Positions 48,741 to 61,392 of a DNA stretch of 64,000 nucleotides are shown piece after piece (position 1 is the first letter of the stretch; every line of letters starts with the position of its first letter). The notes under the pieces were generated by a model, which was not told where the DNA came from, did not search any database, and worked only from the letters and a program-made list of their open reading frames with translations. The stretch is from Chlorokybus atmophyticus (lineage: Eukaryota; Plantae; Mesostigma and Chlorokybus algae). The position numbers were made by a program, and so were the translations under genes. The DNA lies in contig RHPI01001507.1 in assembly GCA_009103225.1 (NCBI GenBank), positions 640,025 to 704,024 of the forward strand. Direction: 5' to 3'.

Positions 48741-51099
48741 AGCCAGCTATTCTCAGCACTCCCTGGTCCTGCTTCAACTTGCTGGCTGGCAAAAACGTGA
48801 GCACGAGGATGTGGGCAAGGTGGAGGGGTATCGCAAGGCTCTGCGGAAGGCTGCCATGGATTGTCGTGGCCTATGGGGTGCAAAGCTTGCAGCCGCCCGC
48901 CAAAACGATACAACTATTACCTTGAGTTGGCGTGGGCGTGAATTGACTGGTATTTGCATGCGAATTTTCGTGCTGACCAGCCCACGTAGCTGGCGCTCCC
49001 CCTGCCAGTATGCACACATGCTTGCACAGGCACACGTAGACCGTATGCAAAGCGCTGCAGGGAATGCAAGACTGTGTCACACGGTGGTGCCTCCCCCAAC
49101 ATGCGCACATGCACCGTGCATGGTTGTGGCGTGTGACACACACTAATCAGGAAAAGCAGCAACTGCCAGCAGTGCTACCAGCAGCTGCTATGACAGCAGT
49201 GCTGTTATCCATACATGCACGTACATCATGCGTCCATGCATGTGTGCGTCCGTATTCTTGCCAGCAGCTGCCGCTGGCAAGGACACTCATATGCACGCAG
49301 CGCCTGCCGAGCGCCTATCATAGGTACAGGAGTCCTGTACCTCACGAATGCGCATGAACCACTTGCTAGGCGCACACATATGCAAGTATGTGTGCGCATA
49401 TGCACTCACCATCTCACTCACTCTGACATCTCCTGCTACCTGCTAACGCAACCTGCTCATGCAAGAATGCACGCGGACCACCACCATCTTCTGCTGCACA
49501 TCACATGCGCACACATGCAGATACTCAGTTGCAAGCGCGCATGCACGCATTCCCTTTATGCAGATAGGCACGCACGCATGCTCGCACACCAATCCAAACA
49601 GGCTATATGTCTGCGTTCGCCAAGTTCATGTGTAATGAAGGACAACTGGTACTTGCATTGGCGTCAGAGTAGCAGCCGCTAGACTTGCGTCTCTGTTTAT
49701 GGCCACTACATGACGGTCTCTAGGACATGTGTCCTGAAGAACAACTCCTGGTTCCTGCCTTGGCTGTAGTAGAGGCCACTGGACTTGTTTTGCGACCTCA
49801 AGCAAAGTGGGAGCAGAGCTGTGTGCCCAGTCATTTGCAATGCAGACAACAGCCTCACCTGCAGTACGGTAAAGTGGAGTTCGCAAGCGAGTGTTCTCAG
49901 AGACAACTTGTTGAACAACCACACATACACGCGCATGTACACACTTACCAATTCGGCGGCAGCCTTTGCCAGCAACCAACAGCTTTCCTCCCGCAGTGTC
50001 TTGCTTCAAAGCTATAGCTACCGGCAGCGCTTACCCCTTCCCAATCACTAACACAACATAACGCTCAACGTAGATTATCTCAAGTTGACATAACACTGTT
50101 GGCTGATCGCGCCTCACGTGCCTCTGTCAGCTCAAGTTGCCAGCGAATATAATCTGGAAACCGTTTGTGCCAGGAGGCTGCAGGGCACGCCTGAGGGCTG
50201 TTGAGGCTGCCATGCCAACTGCATGCTGACGACAGAACAACACACGGTCCAGCACGTAGTCTCTGCATGTAAACGCCCTGCCCCATGCTGCCACCGGCCA
50301 CGTGCTTTCGCTCCACTTCTGTAAATCTAGTTGCTAGCTGCTTGGAGCGTGTTGCACACAAGTGGTAAGCTCCGTGCATGCACTCCAAGCAGTCGCGTCA
50401 AGCAGGTTGAAAACGTGGCTGGGAGTCGCACATCGGTCAGTTACAGTTTGCAGATGGCTTGTCACCCAGCAACGAGCAGCAGTTGCATGTGGCAACTCAG
50501 GCTCAAGCACGCCTGCCGCTAACCAACAATGGCAGGCTATGGTTGGCCAATGTTATGGTTAGTACTGGATAGCATTACGACGGCAACTGTACGTGCATGT
50601 GTGCATAAGCGCATGGCCATGTTACAGTAATGCATCACATTTTTCTGCCATGACACAATGCACACCATTCGCGGGCAAATGGACGCAGTGTGCTTCACTA
50701 GCACAGTGCTGATTGCAAGGCTCGGTCAGCTGCTGTTGAACTGTCAACTGCCCACTATCACTTCTGAAGTACTATAAACGTGCGAACCCGACTTGGTAAC
50801 TTGTGACTTTTCTGCAGTGCAGCAGTAATGTTGTCCCTAACGCGCGACACAAGAGCTGCCACAGTCAGCGTCGTTGCACCTGGCTTGCACAACTCCTTTT
50901 TACAGGTAAGGCAGCAGCTTGGCTGGTCGCAATCGACTTCATTCCAGCTGATGCTCTTCGCAACGCCTACCTGCAGGCAAGTGCAGTGCACCAGTTTGGC
51001 ACAACTGTGGTCTGTGTGCAGCACAACCACTCTTGATGATGCTGTTGACAAAAGCAACAAGGTGAGCTTCTGCTCCTCCCCTAATTCCATGCTGACGCT

Positions 51100-52050
51100 T
51101 GCTCTTTAGTTGGCGCTGCCCACTCAACATTGTCTGTTTGGCCAGCCGCCGGTCAAACGGGTGGGCAGGGCTGGATTGCCCCCATGGTCAGAAACGCGAG
51201 CAGGAAGCTGTGCGCCGATTCTGGGAGGGGTTATCTCTTCCTCCGCAACAAGTGGCGTTGTTGACAGCCAAAGGCAAGTCCTTCTCACTTTACCGCAACA
51301 CTATAGAGCTGGAGCGACGAGTCCATGAGGTTTGTTGTGTCAACTATCTCAATGTCTGTTCAAGAGTGCTTGTGACAAACAGGTCGTGGAATTGCAGTTG
51401 TGAAAGCTGATTCCTGGTGCGAGCACGAGACAAATGGCCCTTCCCGATCTTATACAGCGCGTTACAGAGAGTCTTGCAACCTGTCAAGGCTTAAAGCGCT
51501 TCTAAGCATTAGTGATCAGGACCTTTGCGTTATCCTGCGCGGTGCTCCTCATATATTCAGCTAGAAACCCGAGGTTGTGGCTGGAAAGTTTGCTGCCTGG
51601 CGGACGTTTCTGGCAGTCGATCACGCAGACATGGTCGCGGTTCTGAAAAGATGCCCGATATTAGTCTGCAGCAATGATGCTGCTGTGCGCAGCAAGCTTC
51701 AGACGTTTCTAGACGCCTTGGAGTCTCGCAGGCTGGGTGACAGGCGCCTTGCCATGCAGATTTTCATGTGCCATGCAGGAATTGTTGTCCGGTTGTCATG
51801 TGAGCAAATCAATCAAAACACGCTCCAAGCGACTAGCTGCTGAATTTACGGAGGTGGAGCGAAGCATGTGGCCAGTGTCTGCATGGCAACAAGCATTTAC
51901 ATGCAGTGACTACGTGCTTGACCGCTTGTTGTTTACCGACAACACGCTCTTCCCATGGCAGCCTCAACAGCCCCGTCCTGCTCTTCAACCTCCTGGCAAC
52001 ACAGGTTTCTAAAGTTTGTTTGCTGGCAACATGAGGTTAAACAGGCACGT
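51100..52050 (+). pseudogene. Degenerate mTERF-like helical-repeat gene, with an inverted partial paralogue at ~50080-50390
   Basis: RFWEGLSLPPQQVALL, LCVILRGAPHIFS*, DMVAVLKRCPILVCSND..KLQTFLDAL resemble mTERF repeats; internal stops are present. 51820-52050 is homologous to the reverse complement of 50100-50360. Confidence 0.4.
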
Positions 52051-53877
52051 CAGGCACGATTATTCAGTAGTGATATATAGCCAACATCAAAAGTTGTATG
52101 AGGAGCTGGTACGCTACAGCATGGCAGCTCCACCCTGCTTGTTGACTGTGTACATGGGTAGAAGATTGACAAAAGGTTGATTTAAGCTGTCTCGAGGTTT
52201 TTGCACTTGGTGTTGGATGCTTTGCAGATAATTTCGCGCATGCTGCTTCTTCATGCACGCATTAGTGCGTGTCCGCATTGTGAGTCAATGCTTGGATTGG
52301 CGCATCAAACGAATGCCTTACAACAGCATTGTTGAGACTGGTTTACAATGTGCCTTTTTACTATTGTCATTGCTGCGCGAACCGCGCGCTATCCCAGGTC
52401 GACATCACAGACACCATGCACACACATAGTGGAATCTCACATGCATAGATCACTTGCATATTCTGAACACTTTGAGAGTATGCATCCCAGCGAGCGTCAT
52501 GCCTGCCTTGGTGCTCGGAAGGTCAGTATGCTACCGGTGAAAATTTCAACCAATGTAATAAAGAGCTACAAGTATCATAACACATGCAAGATTTATGTCA
52601 GCGCATAGATCACATAAAGAGCTGCACTAGGCACGCTCGAGAAATGTGTATATTAGATGCAAGCGCACAAGGTCAAGCAAACTCACATAGCACATCACGA
52701 AGCAAACAACATACGCCAATCTTTTTTTAACAGAGCAATATAATAAAGCACATCATCATGCACAATATATGTGACATTTGTATGTGAATCATTGCTCTTG
52801 GTCACACATTAGCATATCAGCGAGTATATCAACAATGTTGACACTCTTTGGATCTTAAATTGTCACCTTTGTATGTCGTCATCGTCAACGCCAGTACATC
52901 ATGTTATCGTACCTTTTATATAATCTTTGCGAATGTATTATATAACAACAATTATGATATAAGTGACGCAATTATAATAATCGAATAAGTAATGCAAGGT
53001 ACGAGACAAGTGGCATCAAGTTGGAGTACATAATGCTGCTGGCCATGTATACCGTGTATAGTGAGAGAAATTGGAGTGCATCATCAGCAACAACACTGAT
53101 CAGTCACCTATCCTGCCAAGAGTGTGACTGCTGATCACTCATCATTAATCAGCAATGCGAGCGTCGAGCACTTCAACGGTCATTATTGATCACCGATCGT
53201 TCTGATCCACTGACGACACCAGACTACTGATGACCAAAGGCCAGCCTGTGCGGCTGCCACCTGGCGCGCGCTACCTTACAACAGGCCTACTTGGCAGACT
53301 GGCAACACCGATCCACACAAGCTTAATTTTACCTTTTTCAATAGAACTTAGAGCTTTCTGCCATACTGGAACATACCGTGCGCGGTCAAAGCTCGACAGA
53401 TGAAGCGGCCTTATTTCACAAATCGACCGGCAGGCGCGCTCCCGCGCTCGATGCTCTTCTTTTGCTGCAGCTGGCAAGGAGACCAGCGATGCCCAGCCGC
53501 GGCTCTGGCAGGCGAGTCGCAATGCGCGGCGCGGCTGATTCCCGGCTGGCACCACAGCCCTAAGCAAGTGCTCAGATCTTTTAGAGGCGTCGCGCACTGT
53601 GGTTCTTCTATTCTCCCTAGGCTTAGCCTGCGCCCGGGCATCCGCCACCGACCTGGTCGCAAGCCAGCCTCAAACTAACGGAATGCCCGTGCGCGGGAAT
53701 CCAGCGTTAAACCGCACCGCGCATTACAAGCCTGTCGATAGATAGAGCTCAATTGCCGATATCTAAAATAATACCGATTATGGCACTGATATACTTCTGC
53801 CACATAGCTATGCCGCGGCTTAGTTGGCGATGTGGCTGGCGGCATAGGTAGCGGCATAGGCTACGGCGGTGGCAGAG

Positions 53878-56800
53878 ATGGCGGCGTCTGTGGCATCAGC
53901 GGGAGTGTGGTTTGGAGTTGCTGTAGGTAGCAATGCAGCGGTGGCGAGCTCGTCTAAGCCCTCTACTCGTCGCCCGCAGCAGCAGCAGCAACCTGCTGCA
54001 TTCAATGGGCTGCGCTCCGGGCGGCGGGCATTGCCTACTTCCTCCTCCTCCTCTTCCTCCTCCGTGGCGGCGGTCACGCTTGAGGAGAAGATCAGCCAGC
54101 ATGCCCGTAGCCGCACCACCACCTCCTCACCCTCCTCAAAGCAGCCCACCCGCTGCGGCATGAACATTGTCTTCGTCTCCGCTGAGGTCGCCCCATGGAG
54201 CAAGACAGGCGGCCTAGGCGACGTCCTGGGAGGCCTCCCCGCCGCCCTCGCTGTAAGCATGCATGTGATGCAGATTTAGCTGCACTCACAAGTAAATATT
54301 AGCTGAACACACCGACATTGTTGTACCAGGCGCGAGGCCACCGTGTGATGACCATCTCACCACGCTATGATCAGTATAAGGACGCTTGGGACACTGACAC
54401 TACAGCTGAGGTGAGTAGCTTGTTCAGTACCTGTTCAGATTGATTGAATGTGCTTTGTATTGTTAGCATTTGTGTAACGTGTGCTTGTGTGTGCAGGTTG
54501 ATGTGGGCGGGAAAAAGGAAACAGTGCGCTTTTTCCACACATACAAGCGAGGTGTTGATCGCGTGTTTGTGGACCATGAGTGGTTCCTCTCGCGCGTAAG
54601 CAACATTCATGCATGTTGTGCTGGAAACCAATGCATGCATGTGTGCTTGTGCGAGTGGGTGTGTGCTTACATACGTTGTTGTCACAACCAGGTGTGGGGT
54701 AAGACTGGGGGAAAGATTTACGGCGAGCGCACGGGTGTGGATTACACTGATAACCAGCTGCGCTTCAGCCTGTTTGCTCAGGTTAACATACACAAATACA
54801 CATTGCACACATACATACACATGAACGCTAGCACGCTGCATCAGCATTGCATGTGCACATAAATGCGGTTCCAAAAGTGTGTGGCTCACTCCTGCTGAAC
54901 ACAACTGTCTTTTAGGCTGCATTGAAGGCGCCTCTTGTTCTCAACCTAGACACCAGCAAGGATTACTCTGGCCCCTATGGTGAGTGTGTATGTGTACGCA
55001 TGCGTGCCTGCGTGCGTGGTTGGGGGTGGCACACCTCGGGTGGGTGGGTTAGTGCGTGTGCTCTTGTCACAGGGAATATTCACCTGTATAACTTCTCATT
55101 GTAGGTGAGGATGTTGTCTTCATTGCGAATGACTGGCACACAGCTCTGCTGCCACTCTACATGAAGTCGCAGTACAAGCCCATCGGCCGCTACTCTGACG
55201 CAAAGGCAAGCAACACTTTTGTGGAGCAGTGGTGTAGTACACTCTCCACATACACGCATGCAACCACACAAACATAAACATGATGCAAGCATGCGTGCAC
55301 ACGTTGGTGGGTCACATGTGTGCAAATCGCACACACACAGGCAGGCACGGCCTGCACACGCAGACGTACACACATCTGCGCGGATATGCGAGCATGTCTG
55401 TTTGCTCTGTTGTTACAGATGCACGGACATGCGTATGCCGATGCACACATGCATGCACACGCATACACGCACACACTAACACACGAACACGCACGCGCTC
55501 ACCCTCTCCCTCCCCTCCAGGTGATCTTCTGCGTCCACAACGTGGCCTACCAGGGCCGTTTCGCCCTCTCCGACTTCTCTTTGCTCGGCCTCCCCTCCTC
55601 CTTCCGCCCTTCCTTCCACTTTGTCGACGGCTACGAGAAGCCCGTGAAGGGTCCCAAGATCAACTGGATGAAGGCCGGGTTCCTGGAAGCCGACAAGGTC
55701 ATGACGGTGTCGCCGAACTACGCCGAGGAGATGCTGAGCGGGCCTGAGAGGGGAGTGGAACTGGATGACGTGCTGAAGACAGTGGATGTGAAGGGGATTA
55801 TTAATGGGATGGACATACAGGTGGGTGGGTGGGTGAGTGTGTGTGGGTGTGTATGCGGGTGTGAGTGTGTTGCTCTGCATGTGCGTTGCACGCTTGTGCA
55901 TGTGCGTGCATGTGGCATGTGGTACTAATGTGTGTGTATTCGTGTGGGTGTATACGCCTGTTTTATGTGGGGTCATTACAATATGTGTGCACATGTATCT
56001 CTCTTGTTGTTTTAGTTTCAGTGGTTGTGTCTCACACAGCTTGTCTATGTGGCTTTCTGTTCAGGAGTGGGATCCGGCCACAGACAAGTACCTGGACCAG
56101 AATTTTGACATCACCACCATTCAAGTGAAGGGTACACTCAAAGAGGCTCTTCAGGCAGAGGTATGCTGCATCAACACATTGTGTGTGACACACAGCTTGA
56201 CCACGCAACAATGTGTCCTTCTCATCAACAGGTTGGCCTACCCGTTGATGCGAGCATCCCGCTGATGGGCTTCATCGGGCGGTTGGAAGAGCAGAAAGGG
56301 TCGGATATCTTGATGGAAGCTGTGCCGGAGCTCATGAAGGAGAAGTGCCAGGTGAGAGAGTGTGTGTGTGTGTGTATGTTGTGTCGGGATGTTGGATCAG
56401 TCTGGGTCATTACTAGCCAAGTGTGTCTGTCAGTGGACTTGGGGTTGATTGTTGCACTTTGCAGCTTGTTGTGCTGGGTACTGGTAAGGCCAAGTTTGAG
56501 AAGCAGCTGGAGGAGCTTGAAGAGAAGTACCCTGACCAGGTACGTGCGTGTGTGGGTGGGTGGGTGGGTGGATGTGATCAAGGTTGTGTCAACACCACAT
56601 GAAACTGTGCTGTCTTGCAGGCACGGGGAGTGGTGAAGTTCTCCGTGCCCCTCGCACACATGATCACCGGGGGTAAGGGCTGCATCACTACCATGCGCAC
56701 GTGCGCATACATGCTCATGCACACTTATGCACCCGCATGCACCCTCACACGTGCCGCCATCTGCGCGCGCACGCACAGGTGTCTGTACACGTATATGAGC

Positions 56801-57714
56801 ACACACACGCCCACCCGCAAACCCACCCGCACACGCACGCACACTCCTGTATGCTTATCACTGACCCCTCCCGCGCAGGTGCCGACTACATGCTCGTCCC
56901 CTCCCGTTTCGAGCCCTGCGGTCTGATCCAGCTCCACGCCATGCGTTACGGCACGATCCCCGTCGTCGCCACAACAGGTGGACTTGCCGACACGGTGCGC
57001 GAGGGCGTGACAGGTTTCCAGATGGGTTGCTTCGATGTCGATTGCGAGACGGTGAATCCGGAAGACGTGGAGGCGATCGTGGAAGCGACCAAGAGAGCGC
57101 TGTCGGTGTTTGGGACGAAGCAGTTTGAAAGGATGAGATACGCGTGCATGAATCAGGACCTGTCGTGGAAGGTGCGTGTATAAGTGTGCGGTTTGCGAGC
57201 GTATACGTGTGCGTGTGCATGTATATGCATGCCCACGTGGCATGCCCACGTGGGCATGCATATACAAGCATGCACACGCATGCTTGCAAACTGCACTTGT
57301 GCAAGCGCGCATGCGTGTGTGCTCGTGTGCGATGCACGTGCCTGTTCGCATGTGTGTGCACATGCGCGTATGCGTGTGCGTGTGCATGCGCATTTGCTTT
57401 TGTGCTTGCCCNGCCCCCCCCCCCCTTCCCTCTCCCTCATGTGCATGTGTGTGTGCGTGCGTGTATGTGAACATTCAATCACTAACGCGCACACATGATG
57501 TGCGCATGTATGTACCTGTGCACGTGCGCGCGTGTCTGTTCTCTTCCTTTTTGGGAGCAGCGCTGAGTTGTGTTCTGTTGTTCAGGGACCTGCCAAGGAT
57601 TGGGAGCAGACTCTGCTGGACATGCTGCACCCGCCACAGAAGCGTGCTGCACAGGTGGGGCTGGATAAGGACGAGGTGGGCCCGCGCGCAAAGGAGAACA
57701 TTGCCACACCTTGA
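53878..57714 (+). CDS. GBSS1: Granule-bound starch synthase I (GT5), plastid-targeted, multi-exon
   Basis: [125 protein letters not shown] and C-terminal KENIATP*. Confidence 0.97.
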
Positions 57715-59666
57715 ACACGACACACACTTAAACACGCACAGTCACGAGTGTGTGATGCACTCAATCGAGTGGGCTTCTAGTTCAGTCTACCACATTTTAC
57801 CACATTTTAGTATGATGCAGAGAGTGCATCTGTATGTAGCCTTAGTGTAAAGCACACACCCACATTGTTTTGAGAGTGGGTGAGAGGGTTGTGAAGGTTT
57901 GACTTTGTTTGTACGCACAGTTGGGGTTTTGCCCCTGTGCATACAAACGTTTCGCCACAAGTAAATTGTTGACAATGTGAGTTATATCCAATTCAGGTAG
58001 TCGATGTGTTAGCATCATCCCAATTGTGTGGGATGATGTGTTTTGAGAGATGATTTGCTGGCTTGTAGAACCGGCATTGGGGACGGAGTGCTATGCGCAA
58101 CATCTGCTCTACTTGATAGTCTTGAAAAACCTGCTTCCATTAGAGATATGTTCAGTTGCTATACATTTCAGACCGCGGCAATCTGTATGATGGAGATCGT
58201 GAGGAACAAGCAAGCTTCTATGGAACACTTGGTTGTCGAGTATCACAGTGTGGAGACGGTTGTAACCTTTCCAATGGATATGCGGTAGACACTGTTGGTG
58301 CTTGCGTGTGTGGCAGCGTGCGTCAATCACTGCAATCAACAACGGCATTGCTGACAACAACTACAACAGTATCGACACAACAACAACAACAACCACAAAT
58401 GCAAGAGTGGTCCAGCCGTCCTGCGTGGTGTGTTGTGATGCCATCGCCATCACAACGCTGCTCGCGCCCAACGCCAACATCATGCTGAGTTTCGGGCGAG
58501 AGCGCATCGCGTAGGCGCTGTCTGTACAAGCCACTTGGCAAACCAGTCAAGTAATCTTTACAGTATGTTGACATTTAATCCTTATTGACTTTTACCGCAT
58601 GGAAACTGTTTGCCAAATTCCAGTTGGGAACCAGCTGTTCATGTCATCATATGGCCCGCACATCACGTGTACTCCAAGTTGGAGTACACGTCACCCATCA
58701 ATAGGCTGTGCCACGCATGCGCAAACATGCGGATGTAAACACTCCAGCCAGGCCAGCAAAGAAACATCATTATCAAGCTACGTACACTTGAGGGCTAACT
58801 AGGTAGGGACCTTCTGCAAGCTAAGTGCAAGCAGCGGCAGCAGGGGCGTTTGACCGGCTGACGATACAGCAGCACACGCAGGTTGACGCTGACGTTAATG
58901 TGGCGCAGTACGTGCAGTGCTGCCGCCGTGTTGGCTCTATCAATAAAAGTATGATAACAATAACAACGACGACGATGTGAATGTAAACTTGACCGCTGTC
59001 GCCACCATTGCACGTGCACTAATCAGTTCTGAGAGCTTGCAGGCCACTTAAGTATTGCCGCATGAGAGTTAGAGAGCATGTTGTGACACAACTCTGTCGA
59101 CGTTCTGTTGTACACACAGCAACAACAACAACAACAACAACAATGTCACTCGGTTGCGGCTACGGCGTGTTATCCAACCACACGTCGCAAGTTGTGTCGG
59201 CGGCACATACCCACGCATGCTTGATGAAGCGAACCTGGCTCAGAATGTCAACAAACTAGTATCGATGTTGGCTTCGACGCAATAACTCCTTCCCAGACGC
59301 AATCGCCAAGTGGTTGGTATGGAAGACATATGTGCTCTGCTAGTCCAAGAGTTGGCACCCGCCATAGCCGTGTGGCGTATCAGAAGATGCTGACATGCAA
59401 AGCGCCATCGCCAGATACAATAGTGGTGCACAGGCTGCATACCGCACAGCTGGCAAGTAGCATCTCAAACCAGCACATGGTCAATATACCCAATATGCCT
59501 ACACAACCCTATATGAGCATCTTATCTGTGCACACACCAATACAATCCCTAACCCCTGACCCCTAGCTAGCCCCCGTATATACCATACACTGCACTACAG
59601 AGCGCAACTCGATTGCATCATGGAGCCTTATCACCCCCATGTAACCCACACATACCCACATCTACC

Positions 59667-61091
59667 CTATCCCCTTCCCTGTCCCTGTGTGTTTCTACTA
59701 CTCCCCCTCCCACTCCCCATCCCAATGGGTATCTCCCTCTGCTCCCACCTCAGACACATCCACTCTCCGAGCAGGGCCATGACGGCGATGGAGGCGGCGT
59801 TGACGGCCCACCAGAGCGCGCTGGCGGGGAGGGAAGAGGAGTAGGCGGAGGTGAGGACGAGGTGGAGGAGGTGGGAGGTGAAGGAGAAGTCGAGACACTT
59901 CTTGGCGCGGAGGACGATGAAGAGGAGGGAGAAGGAACTGTGTGTGGGGGGAGGGGGGAGGGGGGTTAGTGGGTGGGTGTGGGTATGGGTGGGGGGGGGG
60001 GTGGGGGTGGGGGTGTGCGTGGGGGTGTGTGCGTGGGTGTGCGTGGGTGTGTGCGTGACGGTGTTTCTCCAACACCCACGTACGCACGCACCAAACGCAT
60101 TGCAGAATTAATGTACCGACAGACCAAAGCATATCCCGGGTTCAACTCATGGGTAACCCGCCCGCGCACACTCCCTCTCACTCCAACAACAACAACAACC
60201 CACACTCACCCCAGTGCCGCATTGATCACAAACGCGAGCGTGGTGATCCATCCCTGTAAGCTTCGCGTGTCGAGCGCGCGCCAGTCGAGCAGCAGCGCCA
60301 GCGGGATGAGCGTGATGTTGGTCGATGCGTCGCGGGCGTGGATGGGTGCGAGGAAGAGGAGGAGGAGGAGGCCCAGGGAGAGGTACTGGATGGCCTGAGA
60401 GAGAGAGGGGAGGGGGTGGGTATGCGTGCACACGCTGGGCGCGTGGTAGTGTGCACACGCGTAAACGCATTTGCGTGTGCACGTGCTTGTGCGTGTGCAA
60501 GTGCTTGTGTGTGCATGCGCATGCATGCGCGTATAGATGCATGTGCGTGCGCATGCGCGCATCTCTGAGTACGTGTGCACGTGCACAAACACATGCATGT
60601 CTGTGCGCATGTGTGCATCAGTTTGTGCGCGTGTATGCGTGTGTGCGCGTCTGTGTTGGTCGCGCATGTGCGTGCGAGATCATGTGTGCGTGCTTGGGCA
60701 GGCACGCATTTGTGCGTGCCCGTGTTGCACAGTTGTTTTACGAAGGGCCAATGCAGTGCGCCATGTGGCAGCTGATGATATGCATGTCGCGCATGTGACC
60801 CATCAGTGTCTTGCTAGGTCACTATCACACTATGGCGGCCGTTGGCAAATGCAATTACGAAGCACTATACCTTTGACTCGATTGCACTTCATGCATCATG
60901 CGCTGACCACACATGTGTGTTTGGACACGTCAAGTAGCTGAAGCAAGCATGCAGCGCAAAGCCACAAAGTGTTTCATTAATTCGACTCATTGAGTGCAGT
61001 ACTATACAATATGACAGTGCAATAACACCTGAAGAAGGGCGATTTGGGCCACGATGAGGACAGGATCCCAGACTTGCGTCCCGTAAAACAT
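59667..61091 (-). CDS. SYS1: SYS1 Golgi integral membrane protein; 3 exons
   Basis: MFYGTQVWDPVLIVAQIALLQ / AIQYLSLG..LDWRALDTRSLQGW / IVLRAKKCLDFSFTSHLLHL..WWAVN..VMALLGEWMCLRWEQRDIP. Confidence 0.92.
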
Positions 61092-61392
61092 GGCTGGATG
61101 ACGCTGACTGTCTGCTGGGGTTGCTCAACCCTCAATGCCCCTGTATGTCCGCCCGTTCCCCCGCCTCCAGATACCAGACATGCCTACAACGACACCGCCC
61201 ACCTCCTCCGCAACATCGCCGCCGCCCCTGCCAGCAGTACAAGTCTAACTCAGTTAGGCTTGAGAGTTAGGGTTTGGTTTCCTGTGGCGTTTTGATTAGG
61301 CTTTTGACTGGGTTCGATAGCTGTGGCTTCAGTCAATGTAGCCGTAGTTAGGCCATGCAGCGGCGGCAAAGGCGGCGAATGTGGCGAAGGTG
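61092..61392. promoter_or_regulatory. Putative compact bidirectional promoter (SYS1/SWT1)
   Basis: About 300 bp between divergent CDS starts; no specific motif was identified. Confidence 0.4.

Noticed and set aside
53271-53678. GC-rich ORFs upstream of GBSS
   Set aside because: Overlapping ORFs on both strands with no recognisable domain; more likely GC-rich promoter or leader DNA.
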